Shown here one piece after another: positions 1-9,234 of a stretch of DNA of 32,000 nucleotides (position 1 is its first letter; the number at the start of each line of letters is the position of its first letter). The notes under the pieces were generated by a model. That model was not told the DNA's origin, searched no databases, and saw nothing but the letters and a program-made list of their open reading frames with translations. Location of the stretch: the NCBI RefSeq assembly GCF_014252415.1, contig NZ_CP059223.1, positions 390,001 to 422,000 of the forward strand, given 5' to 3'. The DNA is from Candidatus Saccharimonadota bacterium (GTDB lineage Bacteria > Bacteroidota > Bacteroidia > Flavobacteriales > Blattabacteriaceae). The position numbers and the translations under genes are program-made.

Positions 1-1166
1 ATATAAGGACGAATTAATTTCATAGTAACACTTAATTTATATTGATTATATGTAATCGGGTATAATATTAATTTTACTACTATAGTCATGAGAATTATTA
101 TTATTCCATAATTTAAATTAGTATTTTCCAATAATTTAAATATTGGTAAAAAAAAATATTTATTAATCAATTTCAAAAACCCCCATCCAAATGGAATTAT
201 ATCTTCATAATTATTATTATATGTTCTTAATAAACTAAAATCTAATGGACCAAAATAAAAACGTGTAAAAAAATTTAATTCTTTTCTTTTATTTGGATTT
301 AAATAAGTATTAATACGAATCATTTTCAAAAATTTATTAGAATTAAAGTTTTTAGAATAAACATGTACATTTTTCAATTCATTTTTTGGATGAAAAATAG
401 TTGTAAAAAATTGTTGTTTACAAGCAAACCATTTAATATTATTAATATTTCTATTTTCCGAATTTTTCTCGGATAAGTATTCTAATTTATTTTTATCTAA
501 ATCATGAGAATAATAATATAATTGTGTATAAGAATTTTCCCAATTTTTATCTTTTTCCAATGGAAAAATATTTTGTTCTAAATTTATGAATACAGTATTA
601 TTTAATTTAAATTTTTCTGTTTTTACAGAAAAATTTAAATCATATTGTTTTTTTGTTCCTATTTTATATATATAATATAAATTTCCTTTTTCCCTATTAT
701 TATTATTTAAATTTTTATACATTAAAATAAGTGTTGTAAATTTTTTATCCTTTTTAAATAAAATAGGCTTAAATAAAATATTACCTGTATCAATTTTACT
801 CCCATTTTTTTTATCATAAAAATTCATTTTATAAAATAAACTATAATTTTTTACTAAAAAAAGATTTCTTTTATGATAAGATTGAATTGGATCATAAGAT
901 TTATATTTTTTTAAAAAAACTTCATTGATAGTACCTCCTATATTAGATATTTTTAATTTTAACACTTCATTTTCTAATATAAAAAATTGTTCTTTTAATT
1001 TCTTTTTTTCAAAAAAATTATATTGTTTTTTATAGTTAAGATTATGTTCAATTTTTTTTTCTTGAAAAAAAGATTTTTCTTCAATAAAAAATGAAAAAGT
1101 TAGCAAAACTATAATAATAAGAAATAATCCTATTATAAAATTATAATCTGTATTTTTTCCTTTCAT
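1..1166 (-). CDS. yidC: Membrane protein insertase YidC (N-terminal ~388 codons; the C-terminal part lies beyond the window start)
   Basis: Absent from the ORF track because no stop codon lies in the window. ATG at 1166-1164 (minus strand) and the frame stays open to position 1. The N-terminus has a TM segment (NFIIGLFLIIIVLLTFSFF). A long periplasmic-type region follows, then the start of the conserved YidC core (FGWGFL...NYGIIIILMTIVVKLILYPITYNQYKLSVTMKLIRPY). It sits next to pyrG, as in other Bacteroidota. Confidence 0.85.
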   Translation of the reverse strand, partial: MKGKNTDYNFIIGLFLIIIVLLTFSFFIEEKSFFQEKKIEHNLNYKKQYNFFEKKKLKEQFFILENEVLKLKISNIGGTINEVFLKKYKSYDPIQSYHKRNLFLVKNYSLFYKMNFYDKKNGSKIDTGNILFKPILFKKDKKFTTLILMYKNLNNNNREKGNLYYIYKIGTKKQYDLNFSVKTEKFKLNNTVFINLEQNIFPLEKDKNWENSYTQLYYYSHDLDKNKLEYLSEKNSENRNINNIKWFACKQQFFTTIFHPKNELKNVHVYSKNFNSNKFLKMIRINTYLNPNKRKELNFFTRFYFGPLDFSLLRTYNNNYEDIIPFGWGFLKLINKYFFLPIFKLLENTNLNYGIIIILMTIVVKLILYPITYNQYKLSVTMKLIRPY

Positions 1167-1188
1167 ATTATATAACAATTATTAATTA

Positions 1189-2823
1189 TTATAATGATTT
1201 ATATTTTTTATTTTTAGAAGTTAATACAAAAGAAATAAATAATGGATGAGGATTAATTATTGTACTTTTATATTCTGGATGATATTGAACGCCTATAAAA
1301 AATATATGATTTTTTAATTCTAAAGCTTCTACTAAACCAGTTTCGGGGTTTAATCCTACAGGTTTCATACCCGCTTTAGAAAAATGATTAAAATAATTAT
1401 TATTAAATTCATATCTATGACGATGTCTTTCTAAAATTTCTTTTTTTCCATAAATAGAAAATAACTTAGATCCCTTTAATAAAATACATCTCCAATTTCC
1501 TAAACGCATTGTTCCTCCTTTATAAAAAATATTTTTTTGTTTTTCCATTAAATTTATGATAGGATGATTAGTATTAGGATTTGATTCACATGTATCTGCT
1601 TCTTTTATTCCTAAAACATTTCTTGCAAATTCTACAGCAGAAATTTGCATTCCTAAACATATTCCAAGAAATGGTATTTTTTTTTCTCTAGCATATTTTG
1701 CTGCCAATATTTTTCCTTCTATTCCTCTTTTTCCAAAACCTGGGGCTATTAAAATTCCTGATACATGATTAAAAGTCGATTCAATATTTTCTTTATTGAT
1801 TAAATCAGAATAAATCCATTTTATTTTAATATTAATATTATTTTTTGTTCCTGCATGAATTAATGATTCTATAATAGATTTATAAGAATCATGTAACAAA
1901 ATATATTTTCCAACTAATGCAATTTTAATTTTAAATTTAGGATTTTTATATTTTTTTAGAAAAGAGGTCCATTCAATTAAATGATGGCAATTTTTTTTTT
2001 TTAAAAAATTAAAATTTTTTAATCTTAAATATTTTAAAACTATTTGATCAAATTTTTGTAAATGTAATAAATAGGGTATATCATAAATAATTTTTGTATC
2101 AATTGATTCAATAACGTGATTAGTTTTAATATTACAAAATAAGGATAATTTATTTCTAATTTTATCAGAAATATTATTTTTTGTTCTACAAACAATAATA
2201 TCTACTTGTACTCCATTTTCCATTAAATTTCTGACTGAATGTTGTGTTGGTTTTGTTTTAATTTCACCAGTGGCATTATTATATGGAAGTAAAGTTAAAT
2301 GAATTATTAACCCATTAAACTCACCTAACTCCCATTTTAATTGTCTTACTGATTCAATATATGGTAATATTTCTATGTCACCAACTGTACCTCCTATTTC
2401 CGTAATTATTAAATCATAATTTTTAGAATCTCCTAAAATTCTAATACGTCTTTTAATTTCGTCAGTAATATGTGGAATAACTTGAACAGTTTTTCCTAAA
2501 TAAATTCCTTTTCTTTCATTATCTATAACTGTTTTATAAATTAACCCCGATGTAATATTATTTTCTTTTGTTGTTTCTTGATTCAAGAATCTTTCATAAT
2601 GCCCGAGATCCATATCCGTTTCTGATCCATCTTTAGTAACAAAACATTCTCCATGTTCATAGGGATTTAACGTTCCAGGATCTATATTAAGATAAGGATC
2701 TAGTTTTAATATAGAAACTCTATATCCTCTATATTTCAATAACATCCCTAATGAAGCAGATACTACACCTTTTCCTAAAGATGAAATCACACCACCTGTA
2801 ATAAAAATATACTTTGTTTCCAT
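1189..2823 (-). CDS. pyrG: CTP synthase
   Basis: 544 aa. N-terminal synthase motif FITGGVISSLGKGVVSASLG. Glutamine amidotransferase triad motifs GICLGMQ and HRHRYE are present. Confidence 0.97.
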   Translation of the reverse strand: METKYIFITGGVISSLGKGVVSASLGMLLKYRGYRVSILKLDPYLNIDPGTLNPYEHGECFVTKDGSETDMDLGHYERFLNQETTKENNITSGLIYKTVIDNERKGIYLGKTVQVIPHITDEIKRRIRILGDSKNYDLIITEIGGTVGDIEILPYIESVRQLKWELGEFNGLIIHLTLLPYNNATGEIKTKPTQHSVRNLMENGVQVDIIVCRTKNNISDKIRNKLSLFCNIKTNHVIESIDTKIIYDIPYLLHLQKFDQIVLKYLRLKNFNFLKKKNCHHLIEWTSFLKKYKNPKFKIKIALVGKYILLHDSYKSIIESLIHAGTKNNINIKIKWIYSDLINKENIESTFNHVSGILIAPGFGKRGIEGKILAAKYAREKKIPFLGICLGMQISAVEFARNVLGIKEADTCESNPNTNHPIINLMEKQKNIFYKGGTMRLGNWRCILLKGSKLFSIYGKKEILERHRHRYEFNNNYFNHFSKAGMKPVGLNPETGLVEALELKNHIFFIGVQYHPEYKSTIINPHPLFISFVLTSKNKKYKSL

Positions 2824-2906
2824 TATTTTTTACATAAAACTAACTAATAATATTTATTTAATTATCGTAGGAATTTATAATTTTTTTTTTATATTTGCCA
2901 AATTTA

Positions 2907-3007
2907 GGGGTAAGTCCTATACAATCTGCTCCCTATTATCTCCCAGGATGGGAACATAGCAAGAGTAAATAAGGTTTGTAGCGATGTGATATAGTAAAGC
3001 TTACCCC
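2907..3007 (+). ncRNA. ffs: Signal recognition particle RNA (small 4.5S-type SRP RNA)
   Basis: A G+C-enriched island in the AT-rich pyrG-clpX spacer. The terminal stem pairs GGGGTAAG (2907-2914) with CTTACCCC (3000-3007). The apical domain-IV motif CAGG-ATG-GGAA-CAT-AGCA (2944-2961) has the same architecture as E. coli 4.5S CAGG-UCC-GGAA-GGA-AGCA, with a GGAA tetraloop flanked by the conserved CAGG and AGCA. Confidence 0.8.
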
Positions 3008-3050
3008 TTTTTAAATTTAAATAGTTACGAATTATTTTATTTCTTATGTT

Positions 3051-4271
3051 ATGGATGATTCATTAAAATGTACATTTTGTGGAAAAAAGAAAGAAGATAT
3101 AGATATATTAATATCAGGTATAAAAGCACAAATTTGTGATTCTTGTATAGAAAAAAGTTACTCAATTATACATCATAATAAAAATAATGAGATAAAACAA
3201 ATAAAAGAAACTAAGAATGAATTAGATTTAATAAATCCTAAGAACATTAAACAATATTTAGATAAATACATTATAGGACAAGATATAACAAAAAAAATAA
3301 TATCTGTTTCTGTTTATAATCATTATAAAAGAATAAAAAATAATTTATTTTTTAATAAAAACAATAATAATTCTAATAATATAGAAATAGAAAAATCTAA
3401 TATACTATTAATTGGAGATACAGGAACAGGAAAAACTTTATTAGCAAAAAGTATATCTAAAATATTAAATGTCCCTTTTACAATAGCTGATGCTACTTCT
3501 CTAACCGAAGCAGGATATGTAGGAGAAGATGTAGAATCTATTCTAAGTAGACTATTACAATCTTCAAATTATAATATTAATTCCACCGAAAAAGGAATTA
3601 TATTTATAGATGAAATAGATAAAATTTCAAAAAAAAATAATAATCCTTCTATAACTAGAGACGTTTCTGGAGAAGGAGTACAGCAAGCTTTATTGAAAAT
3701 TTTAGAAGGTACTACTGTACATGTTCCACCTCAAGGTGGGAGAAAACATCCGGATCAAAAAATGATACCAATTAATACTGAGAATATATTATTTATTGCT
3801 GGGGGGACTTTTGATGGAATTAATAAAATTATTGAAGAAAGAAATAATTCTTATCATATAGGATTTAAAATTGAAAAAAAAATAAATAAAAATAATTTTT
3901 TAAAAAACGTAATGCCGTCTGATCTAAAAAAATTTGGATTAATACCGGAATTAATAGGTAGATTTCCTATAATAATACGTTTAGATCCATTGGATAAAAA
4001 CTTATTAAAAAAGATATTAATTAATCCAAAAAATTCATTAATTAAACAATATGAAAAATTATTCAATTTAGATAAAATAAATTTAAATATAACAGATGAA
4101 GCATTAGATATTATTGCAGAAAAAACTTTTCAATTGGAATTAGGTGCAAGAGGATTAAGAATGTTTTGTGAAAAAATATTTTTAGATTATATGTTTAGTA
4201 TAAAAAAATTAAATAGTCAATTAAATATTGATAAAAAAATTGTTATAAAAAAATTATCTTCTTTTTTTTAA
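3051..4271 (+). CDS. clpX: ATP-dependent Clp protease ATP-binding subunit ClpX
   Basis: 406 aa. N-terminal C4 zinc finger (CTFCG...CDSC), Walker A GDTGTGKTLLAK, pore loop GYVGEDV, Walker B IIFIDEIDK, IGF loop (HIGFK) and sensor ARGLR. It carries an Asn-rich low-complexity insertion. Confidence 0.96.
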   Translation: MDDSLKCTFCGKKKEDIDILISGIKAQICDSCIEKSYSIIHHNKNNEIKQIKETKNELDLINPKNIKQYLDKYIIGQDITKKIISVSVYNHYKRIKNNLFFNKNNNNSNNIEIEKSNILLIGDTGTGKTLLAKSISKILNVPFTIADATSLTEAGYVGEDVESILSRLLQSSNYNINSTEKGIIFIDEIDKISKKNNNPSITRDVSGEGVQQALLKILEGTTVHVPPQGGRKHPDQKMIPINTENILFIAGGTFDGINKIIEERNNSYHIGFKIEKKINKNNFLKNVMPSDLKKFGLIPELIGRFPIIIRLDPLDKNLLKKILINPKNSLIKQYEKLFNLDKINLNITDEALDIIAEKTFQLELGARGLRMFCEKIFLDYMFSIKKLNSQLNIDKKIVIKKLSSFF

Positions 4272-5243
4272 ATTAACAATTTCATTTATTAAATTATTAA
4301 TTTCATTTTTATTTTTATAAGATATAAAAATTATATTTTCTTTAATATTTAAAAATTCATTTAATATTCTTTTTTTATCATAATTTTCAATTAAATCAGA
4401 TTTAGACATTACTAATAATCTTTTTTTATTTAATAATTTAGGATTAAATTTTTTTAGTTCATTTAATAATATAAAATATTGTTTTATTTCATTTTTCTTT
4501 TCTGAAAAAATTAAAAATAATAAAATAGAATTACGTTCTATATGTCTTAAAAAATTATAACCTAATCCCTTTCCATTTGAAGCATTTTCTATTATTCCTG
4601 GAATATCAGCTATTGTAATCGATTGAAAATTAAAATTTAAAATACCTATATAAGGAATTTTATTTGTAAAACAATAATTTCCTATCTTTGTTTTTGCTTT
4701 TGTTATTGTAGAAAGTAATGTAGATTTTCCTACATTAGGAAACCCTATAATTCCTACATCTGATAAAAATTTTAATTCCAGATATATCCATCTACCTTTT
4801 GTTTTTTTTCCATTTTTAGAACAAAAATTAAATTTATAATTTTTTCTTTTAAAAAAAGCACTACCTTTACCTCCTAACCCTCCCTTAAATAAAATTATTT
4901 TTTTTAAATTTTGATTAATTTCTTCTATTATATTTTCATTATGATCTTTAATAATAGTCCCCAATGGTACTTCTATTAATAAATCTTTACCATTTAATCC
5001 CGTTTTTTTATTTTTCCCTCCGGATTTTCCTGACATTGCAATCCAATGTTTCTTATATCTTAAATGAATAAATGTATTAATATTAGAATTACCCTGAATA
5101 AAAATATTTCCACCATTTCCTCCATTTCCTCCATCAGGTATTTTTTTTGAAAGATTTTTTTTTTTACAAAAATGTATATTTCCACTTCCTCCGTCTCCAC
5201 TTTTACAAAAAATTTTTATAAAATCTATAAAATTATTACTCAT
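4254..5243 (-). CDS. obg: GTPase Obg/CgtA
   Basis: 329 aa. Glycine-rich Obg fold (GDGGSGN, GGNGGNGGN). G1 motif GFPNVGKSTL, G3 motif DIPGIIENASNGKGLG and an SKSD G4-like motif. The 3' end overlaps the clpX 3' end by 18 nt in convergent orientation. Confidence 0.93.
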   Translation of the reverse strand: MSNNFIDFIKIFCKSGDGGSGNIHFCKKKNLSKKIPDGGNGGNGGNIFIQGNSNINTFIHLRYKKHWIAMSGKSGGKNKKTGLNGKDLLIEVPLGTIIKDHNENIIEEINQNLKKIILFKGGLGGKGSAFFKRKNYKFNFCSKNGKKTKGRWIYLELKFLSDVGIIGFPNVGKSTLLSTITKAKTKIGNYCFTNKIPYIGILNFNFQSITIADIPGIIENASNGKGLGYNFLRHIERNSILLFLIFSEKKNEIKQYFILLNELKKFNPKLLNKKRLLVMSKSDLIENYDKKRILNEFLNIKENIIFISYKNKNEINNLINEIVNLKKRR

Positions 5244-5838
5244 AAAAAAAATTTTTTTTCAATAAAATTTTATTTATTTTTTTTTCTATAAAAAAAGAAA
5301 TCTCTTTAATAGAAGAATTTCCTTCTAATCTAGTGATTATTTTTTTCCATTTTTTATTTTTCCAAATAGATGATGTTTCTTTATCATATTCATCTATCCT
5401 TTTTTTAACTATTTTAATATCTTTATCATCATTACGATTACTAACTTTGCTTCTATTTAATAGTCTATTAATTATTATACTTTTTTTAAGTAAAAAAAAG
5501 AAAATTATATTTAATTTTCCTATAGAAAGTTTTTCTAAAATCATTTCTAATGAAAAAATTTGATCTTTAGTTCTAGGATATCCATCATAAATAATTCCTT
5601 TAGTATGAATAAGTTTTTTTATCTCTTTATTAACTATATTTTTAGTAATTATATCAGGAACTAATTTACCATTATTTACATAACGATTAACAACTTTTCC
5701 TAAAGTTGTATGATTTCGTATATGATGTCTAAATATTAATCCGGTAGATAAATGAGCGTATCCAAATTTTTTTTTTATAATTCTAGCTTGAGTACCTTTT
5801 CCACAACCAGGTGGTCCAAATAATATAATATGTATCAT
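5236..5838 (-). CDS. adk: Adenylate kinase
   Basis: 200 aa. P-loop GPPGCGKGTQA, GYPRT motif and a short LID region (R...RNDD). It overlaps the obg start by 8 nt. Confidence 0.93.
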   Translation of the reverse strand: MIHIILFGPPGCGKGTQARIIKKKFGYAHLSTGLIFRHHIRNHTTLGKVVNRYVNNGKLVPDIITKNIVNKEIKKLIHTKGIIYDGYPRTKDQIFSLEMILEKLSIGKLNIIFFFLLKKSIIINRLLNRSKVSNRNDDKDIKIVKKRIDEYDKETSSIWKNKKWKKIITRLEGNSSIKEISFFIEKKINKILLKKNFFYE

Positions 5839-5913
5839 AAAATATTTATATAATGATATTATTTAAAAAAATTGATTTAATTAGAATTAAAAAATAAAAA
5901 TGTAACATTATAA

Positions 5914-7314
5914 TTATAAATAAATAGATTTTTTATATGCAATAGAAACGGATTCAAGAATAAATTCACTTAATGATGGATAAGGATATATTCCATTTAA
6001 TATTTCGTAAGCTGTAGCTTCTAATTTCCTAGCAATCATAACTGATGTAATTAGATTTATTACGTTTTCCCCTATCATATGACATCCTAACCATTCATCG
6101 TATTTAGAATCAAAAATTACTTTTATAAATCCATCTATTTTTTCATTGAAAAAAAAATTATTAATTGAATTAAATGGAACTTTAGATATTTTAACTTGAT
6201 ATCCTCTTTTTTTAGATTCTTTCTCAGAATACCCTATATAAGCTATTTCTGGAAAAGAATGTACACATTTTGGTATATTGTTATAATCAATTTTTTGAGA
6301 ATCGACCCCTACTATATTTTCAACACAATTAATACCTTCTTTTGAAGCAACAGATGATAAAAATGATCTTTTAATTACATTTCCAATAGCATAATATCCA
6401 GGTATATTAGTTTGATAATTATCATTTACTACAATAAATTTATCTTCTACTTGAATTCCTATATCTTCTAATCCAATTGAATCAATATTAGGTATAATAC
6501 CATTAGAATAAAATACTATATCTGTTTCTATATAAAATTTTTTATTTTTATTATTAATTTGAATAATTATTCGATCATTTTTTTTTATAGTTTTTTCTAC
6601 AAAAGATGATGTATAAATTTCTACCCCCATTTTTTTTAAAAAAGATCTTAAATAATTTGATATTTCATGATCTCCATCTGGAAAAAAATTATTATTATTT
6701 TCTATTATAAATACTTTGGTTCCCATATAATGATAAAAAAATGAAAATTCTATAGCAATTGAATTACTTCCTATTATCACTATTTCTTTAAGTTTTTTTT
6801 TAAATTGAATTGCTTCCTTATAATTAAAAAAATTATCACCATTATATAAATTATCAGGTTTGGATCCAGTTGCTATAATAATATTTGAAGAGCTACATTC
6901 TAATATATCATTATTACTTTTAATCACTTCTACTTTTTTACCTTTTTTTAACTTAGCATCTCCATGTATAATATTTATTTTATGTTTTTTTATAGAAAAA
7001 AACATATTTTTTTTTATTTTTTTAGATAGATTTTTGCTATCTGTGAATATTTTAGAAAAATCAATATTAATTTTATTATCATTTATTCCAAGTCCTAATA
7101 AAAAATCCTGATTTTCTTTAAATAATTTAAAAATTTTTATTTTATTTAATACATATTTAAAAATATATCCATAATTAAAATAAAATCCTCCAATAAATTC
7201 TTTTTCTATTAAAGCAGTTTTCATTCCTAATTGAGCCGAACGTATAGAGGCAGCATATCCAGCAGATCCACTTCCTAAAATTATAAGATCAAAATTCATA
7301 GATTTTTTTACCAT
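5914..7314 (-). CDS. lpdA: Dihydrolipoyl dehydrogenase (E3, class-I pyridine nucleotide-disulfide oxidoreductase) homologue with degenerate catalytic motifs; possible pseudoenzyme or decaying gene
   Basis: 466 aa and collinear with E. coli Lpd. The FAD motif (ILGSGSAGY), IIATGSKP and the dimerisation-domain region (FPEIAYIGYSEKESKKRG) are conserved. Expected GGTCLNVGCIPSK reads GGFYFNYGYIFKY. Expected HAHPTLSE reads YPYPSLSE. NAD-binding GGGxxGxE reads GSNSIAIE. AIGD reads AIGN. I verified these by re-translating the DNA at 7141-7200 and 5914-6010. Confidence 0.8.
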   Translation of the reverse strand: MVKKSMNFDLIILGSGSAGYAASIRSAQLGMKTALIEKEFIGGFYFNYGYIFKYVLNKIKIFKLFKENQDFLLGLGINDNKINIDFSKIFTDSKNLSKKIKKNMFFSIKKHKINIIHGDAKLKKGKKVEVIKSNNDILECSSSNIIIATGSKPDNLYNGDNFFNYKEAIQFKKKLKEIVIIGSNSIAIEFSFFYHYMGTKVFIIENNNNFFPDGDHEISNYLRSFLKKMGVEIYTSSFVEKTIKKNDRIIIQINNKNKKFYIETDIVFYSNGIIPNIDSIGLEDIGIQVEDKFIVVNDNYQTNIPGYYAIGNVIKRSFLSSVASKEGINCVENIVGVDSQKIDYNNIPKCVHSFPEIAYIGYSEKESKKRGYQVKISKVPFNSINNFFFNEKIDGFIKVIFDSKYDEWLGCHMIGENVINLITSVMIARKLEATAYEILNGIYPYPSLSEFILESVSIAYKKSIYL

Positions 7315-7422
7315 AAGACATAAAATTACAAATTTTTATTTAATAGAAAATTATTAATCTATCATGAAAAAAAAATAATATAACTTTAATATATTTTTTG
7401 AATAAATAATATTAAAATAATT

Positions 7423-8085
7423 ATGAAGTTTTTTTTAGATACAGCTAATTTAGAGGAAATTAAAAAAATAAAATCAATAGGAATGATGAATGGCGTAACA
7501 ACTAATCCATCATTAATTGCAAAAGAAAATATTTTCAATAAAAATGAAATTGATGCACATTATATTTCTATATGTAAATTACTAAATAATGAAGAAAATT
7601 TGAGTGCGGAAGTTATTAGTACTGAGTATGAAGATATAATTAATGAAGGAATAAAATTATCTCTTTTAAGTCCCAAAATTGTAATTAAGGTTCCTATGAC
7701 AATAAATGGTATAAAATCTATTAAATTTTTTTCAAAAAAAAAAATTAGGACTAATTGTACACTTGTATTTTCTTTAGGACAAGCTATTTTAGTAGCTAAA
7801 TCTGGGGCAGACTATGTTTCTCCATTTTTAGGTAGATTAGATGATTTATCTTTTAACGGATTACAATTAATAAAAGAAATAAAAGAAATTTATGATAATT
7901 TTAAATTCAAAACTAAAATATTAGCAGCATCTATAAGAAACCCTATCCATATAATAGAATGTGCAAAAATAGGAATAGATGCAATTACAACACCTATTAA
8001 TGTAATATATTCATTATTTAATCATCCAATGACTAATATTGGATTAGATAAATTTTTAAAAGATTATAGAAAAAAAATAAAATGA
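7423..8085 (+). CDS. tal: Transaldolase / fructose-6-phosphate aldolase family (short TalC/Fsa type)
   Basis: 220 aa. N-terminus MKFFLDTANLEEIKK...GVTTNPSL, Schiff-base lysine context IVIKVP, and SPFLGRLDD. Confidence 0.92.
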   Translation: MKFFLDTANLEEIKKIKSIGMMNGVTTNPSLIAKENIFNKNEIDAHYISICKLLNNEENLSAEVISTEYEDIINEGIKLSLLSPKIVIKVPMTINGIKSIKFFSKKKIRTNCTLVFSLGQAILVAKSGADYVSPFLGRLDDLSFNGLQLIKEIKEIYDNFKFKTKILAASIRNPIHIIECAKIGIDAITTPINVIYSLFNHPMTNIGLDKFLKDYRKKIK

Positions 8086-8086
8086 T

Positions 8087-8413
8087 TTATAATTTTATTT
8101 TTTTATCTATTAAATATTGAATTGATACCGATGTTGATTTTGGTAATCCTTCATAAAATTTAGATAATTCTATTTGTTCTCTATTTTCAAATATTTCTTC
8201 TAAATTATTATTTTTATTTGTAATATTAAATTCTTCTAATCTTTTATCTAAATCATATTTAATTTTTTCGTTTATTTTTTTACATATACTATCTAATATA
8301 CATATAGTATGATATATATTACGTCCCGTAATAGATTCTAATATAGATTTATCTATTGTTATTGTGTTAGATGGAACATTATTTATGATATATTCTATGT
8401 CTAACTCTTTCAT
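8087..8413 (-). CDS. rpoZ: DNA-directed RNA polymerase subunit omega (Bacteroidota long form)
   Basis: 108 aa. Resembles flavobacterial RpoZ as I remember it (ITGRNIYHTI core, C-terminal EEIFENREQIELSKFYEGLPK). It lies immediately downstream of bamD, as in other Flavobacteriales. The assignment is from memory of the family, not a search. Confidence 0.65.
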   Translation of the reverse strand: MKELDIEYIINNVPSNTITIDKSILESITGRNIYHTICILDSICKKINEKIKYDLDKRLEEFNITNKNNNLEEIFENREQIELSKFYEGLPKSTSVSIQYLIDKKIKL

Positions 8414-8430
8414 ATAATTAATTTTTATAA

Positions 8431-9234
8431 TTATAATAATTTTTTTAAACGAATTATTTTTTTTGATTTAGGATATTTTTTAATATATTCTTTATAGGAA
8501 TTATAAAAAGATTTTTTCTTATGTAAATTATATTCAGATATACATTTCTTATATAAAACATCTTCTGCATAATCACTATATGGATAATTTTTTAAAAAAT
8601 CTTTAAAACAAAAAATAGCGGATTTATATTTTCTCATTAGAAAAAATGAATTATATACATGATAATTCCTTTTTTCTAACAGATAATCTAAACTTTTTAA
8701 AAGCGTATGAGCTTCATTTGTTTTATCATCATTAGGATATTTTTCTATAAATTTTACTAATTTATTAACTGCTATATTAATTGATCTAGGATCAAAATCA
8801 CTTTCTATAGAATAAAAATAATAATATTTTCCATCATTAAATAATGAATTACCATATTCATCTTCCTCTTTCTCTTTCTTTTTAACATGAAAATTATTAT
8901 TTTTATTATTTTCAAACGATAAAGAAATATTATAATTACTATTATTAAAAATATCAAAAAATATTTCTTTTAATTTTTTATAAAAAAAATATATTTTTTT
9001 TATGAAAAATTTATTCTCAATATTTTTATTTTTTATATTTTCTGAAGAATTAGGATGATTTTTATAAAAATTATTTATATAATTATCATTATTTAAATTA
9101 TCTATTATCTTAGAATTATATTTATCATTATTTAAATTATCTATTATCTTAGAATTCAAATAGCAAAATAAATTATTGTATATGATTATTGGATTAGATA
9201 TCATTCCTATTACTAAGAAAAATTTTATACTCAC
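8431..9234 (-). CDS. bamD: Outer membrane protein assembly factor BamD (YfiO-like TPR lipoprotein)
   Basis: 267 aa. Hydrophobic N-terminus with a possible lipobox (NLFC). The C-terminal half has TPR-like repeats typical of BamD (KYPNDDKTNEAHTLL, NYPYSDYAEDVLYKK, KYPKSKK). Position upstream of rpoZ. The start overlaps the ftn stop by 4 nt (ATGA). Confidence 0.7.
   Translation of the reverse strand: MSIKFFLVIGMISNPIIIYNNLFCYLNSKIIDNLNNDKYNSKIIDNLNNDNYINNFYKNHPNSSENIKNKNIENKFFIKKIYFFYKKLKEIFFDIFNNSNYNISLSFENNKNNNFHVKKKEKEEDEYGNSLFNDGKYYYFYSIESDFDPRSINIAVNKLVKFIEKYPNDDKTNEAHTLLKSLDYLLEKRNYHVYNSFFLMRKYKSAIFCFKDFLKNYPYSDYAEDVLYKKCISEYNLHKKKSFYNSYKEYIKKYPKSKKIIRLKKLL
9083..9156 (-). repeat. In-frame 39-bp tandem duplication inside bamD (two identical 35-bp cores, 9083-9117 and 9122-9156)
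   Basis: ttatcattatttaaattatctattatcttagaatt occurs twice with a 39-nt period. It encodes SKIIDNLNNDKYN / SKIIDNLNNDNYI in the N-terminal region of the protein. Confidence 0.95.

Noticed and set aside
3339-3402. Asn-rich insertion in ClpX (NNLFFNKNNNNSNNIEIEKSN) as a possible novel domain.
   Set aside because: It is a low-complexity AAT/AAA-codon expansion in a loop region between the zinc-finger linker and Walker A. This is typical AT-bias drift, and all ClpX functional motifs are intact.
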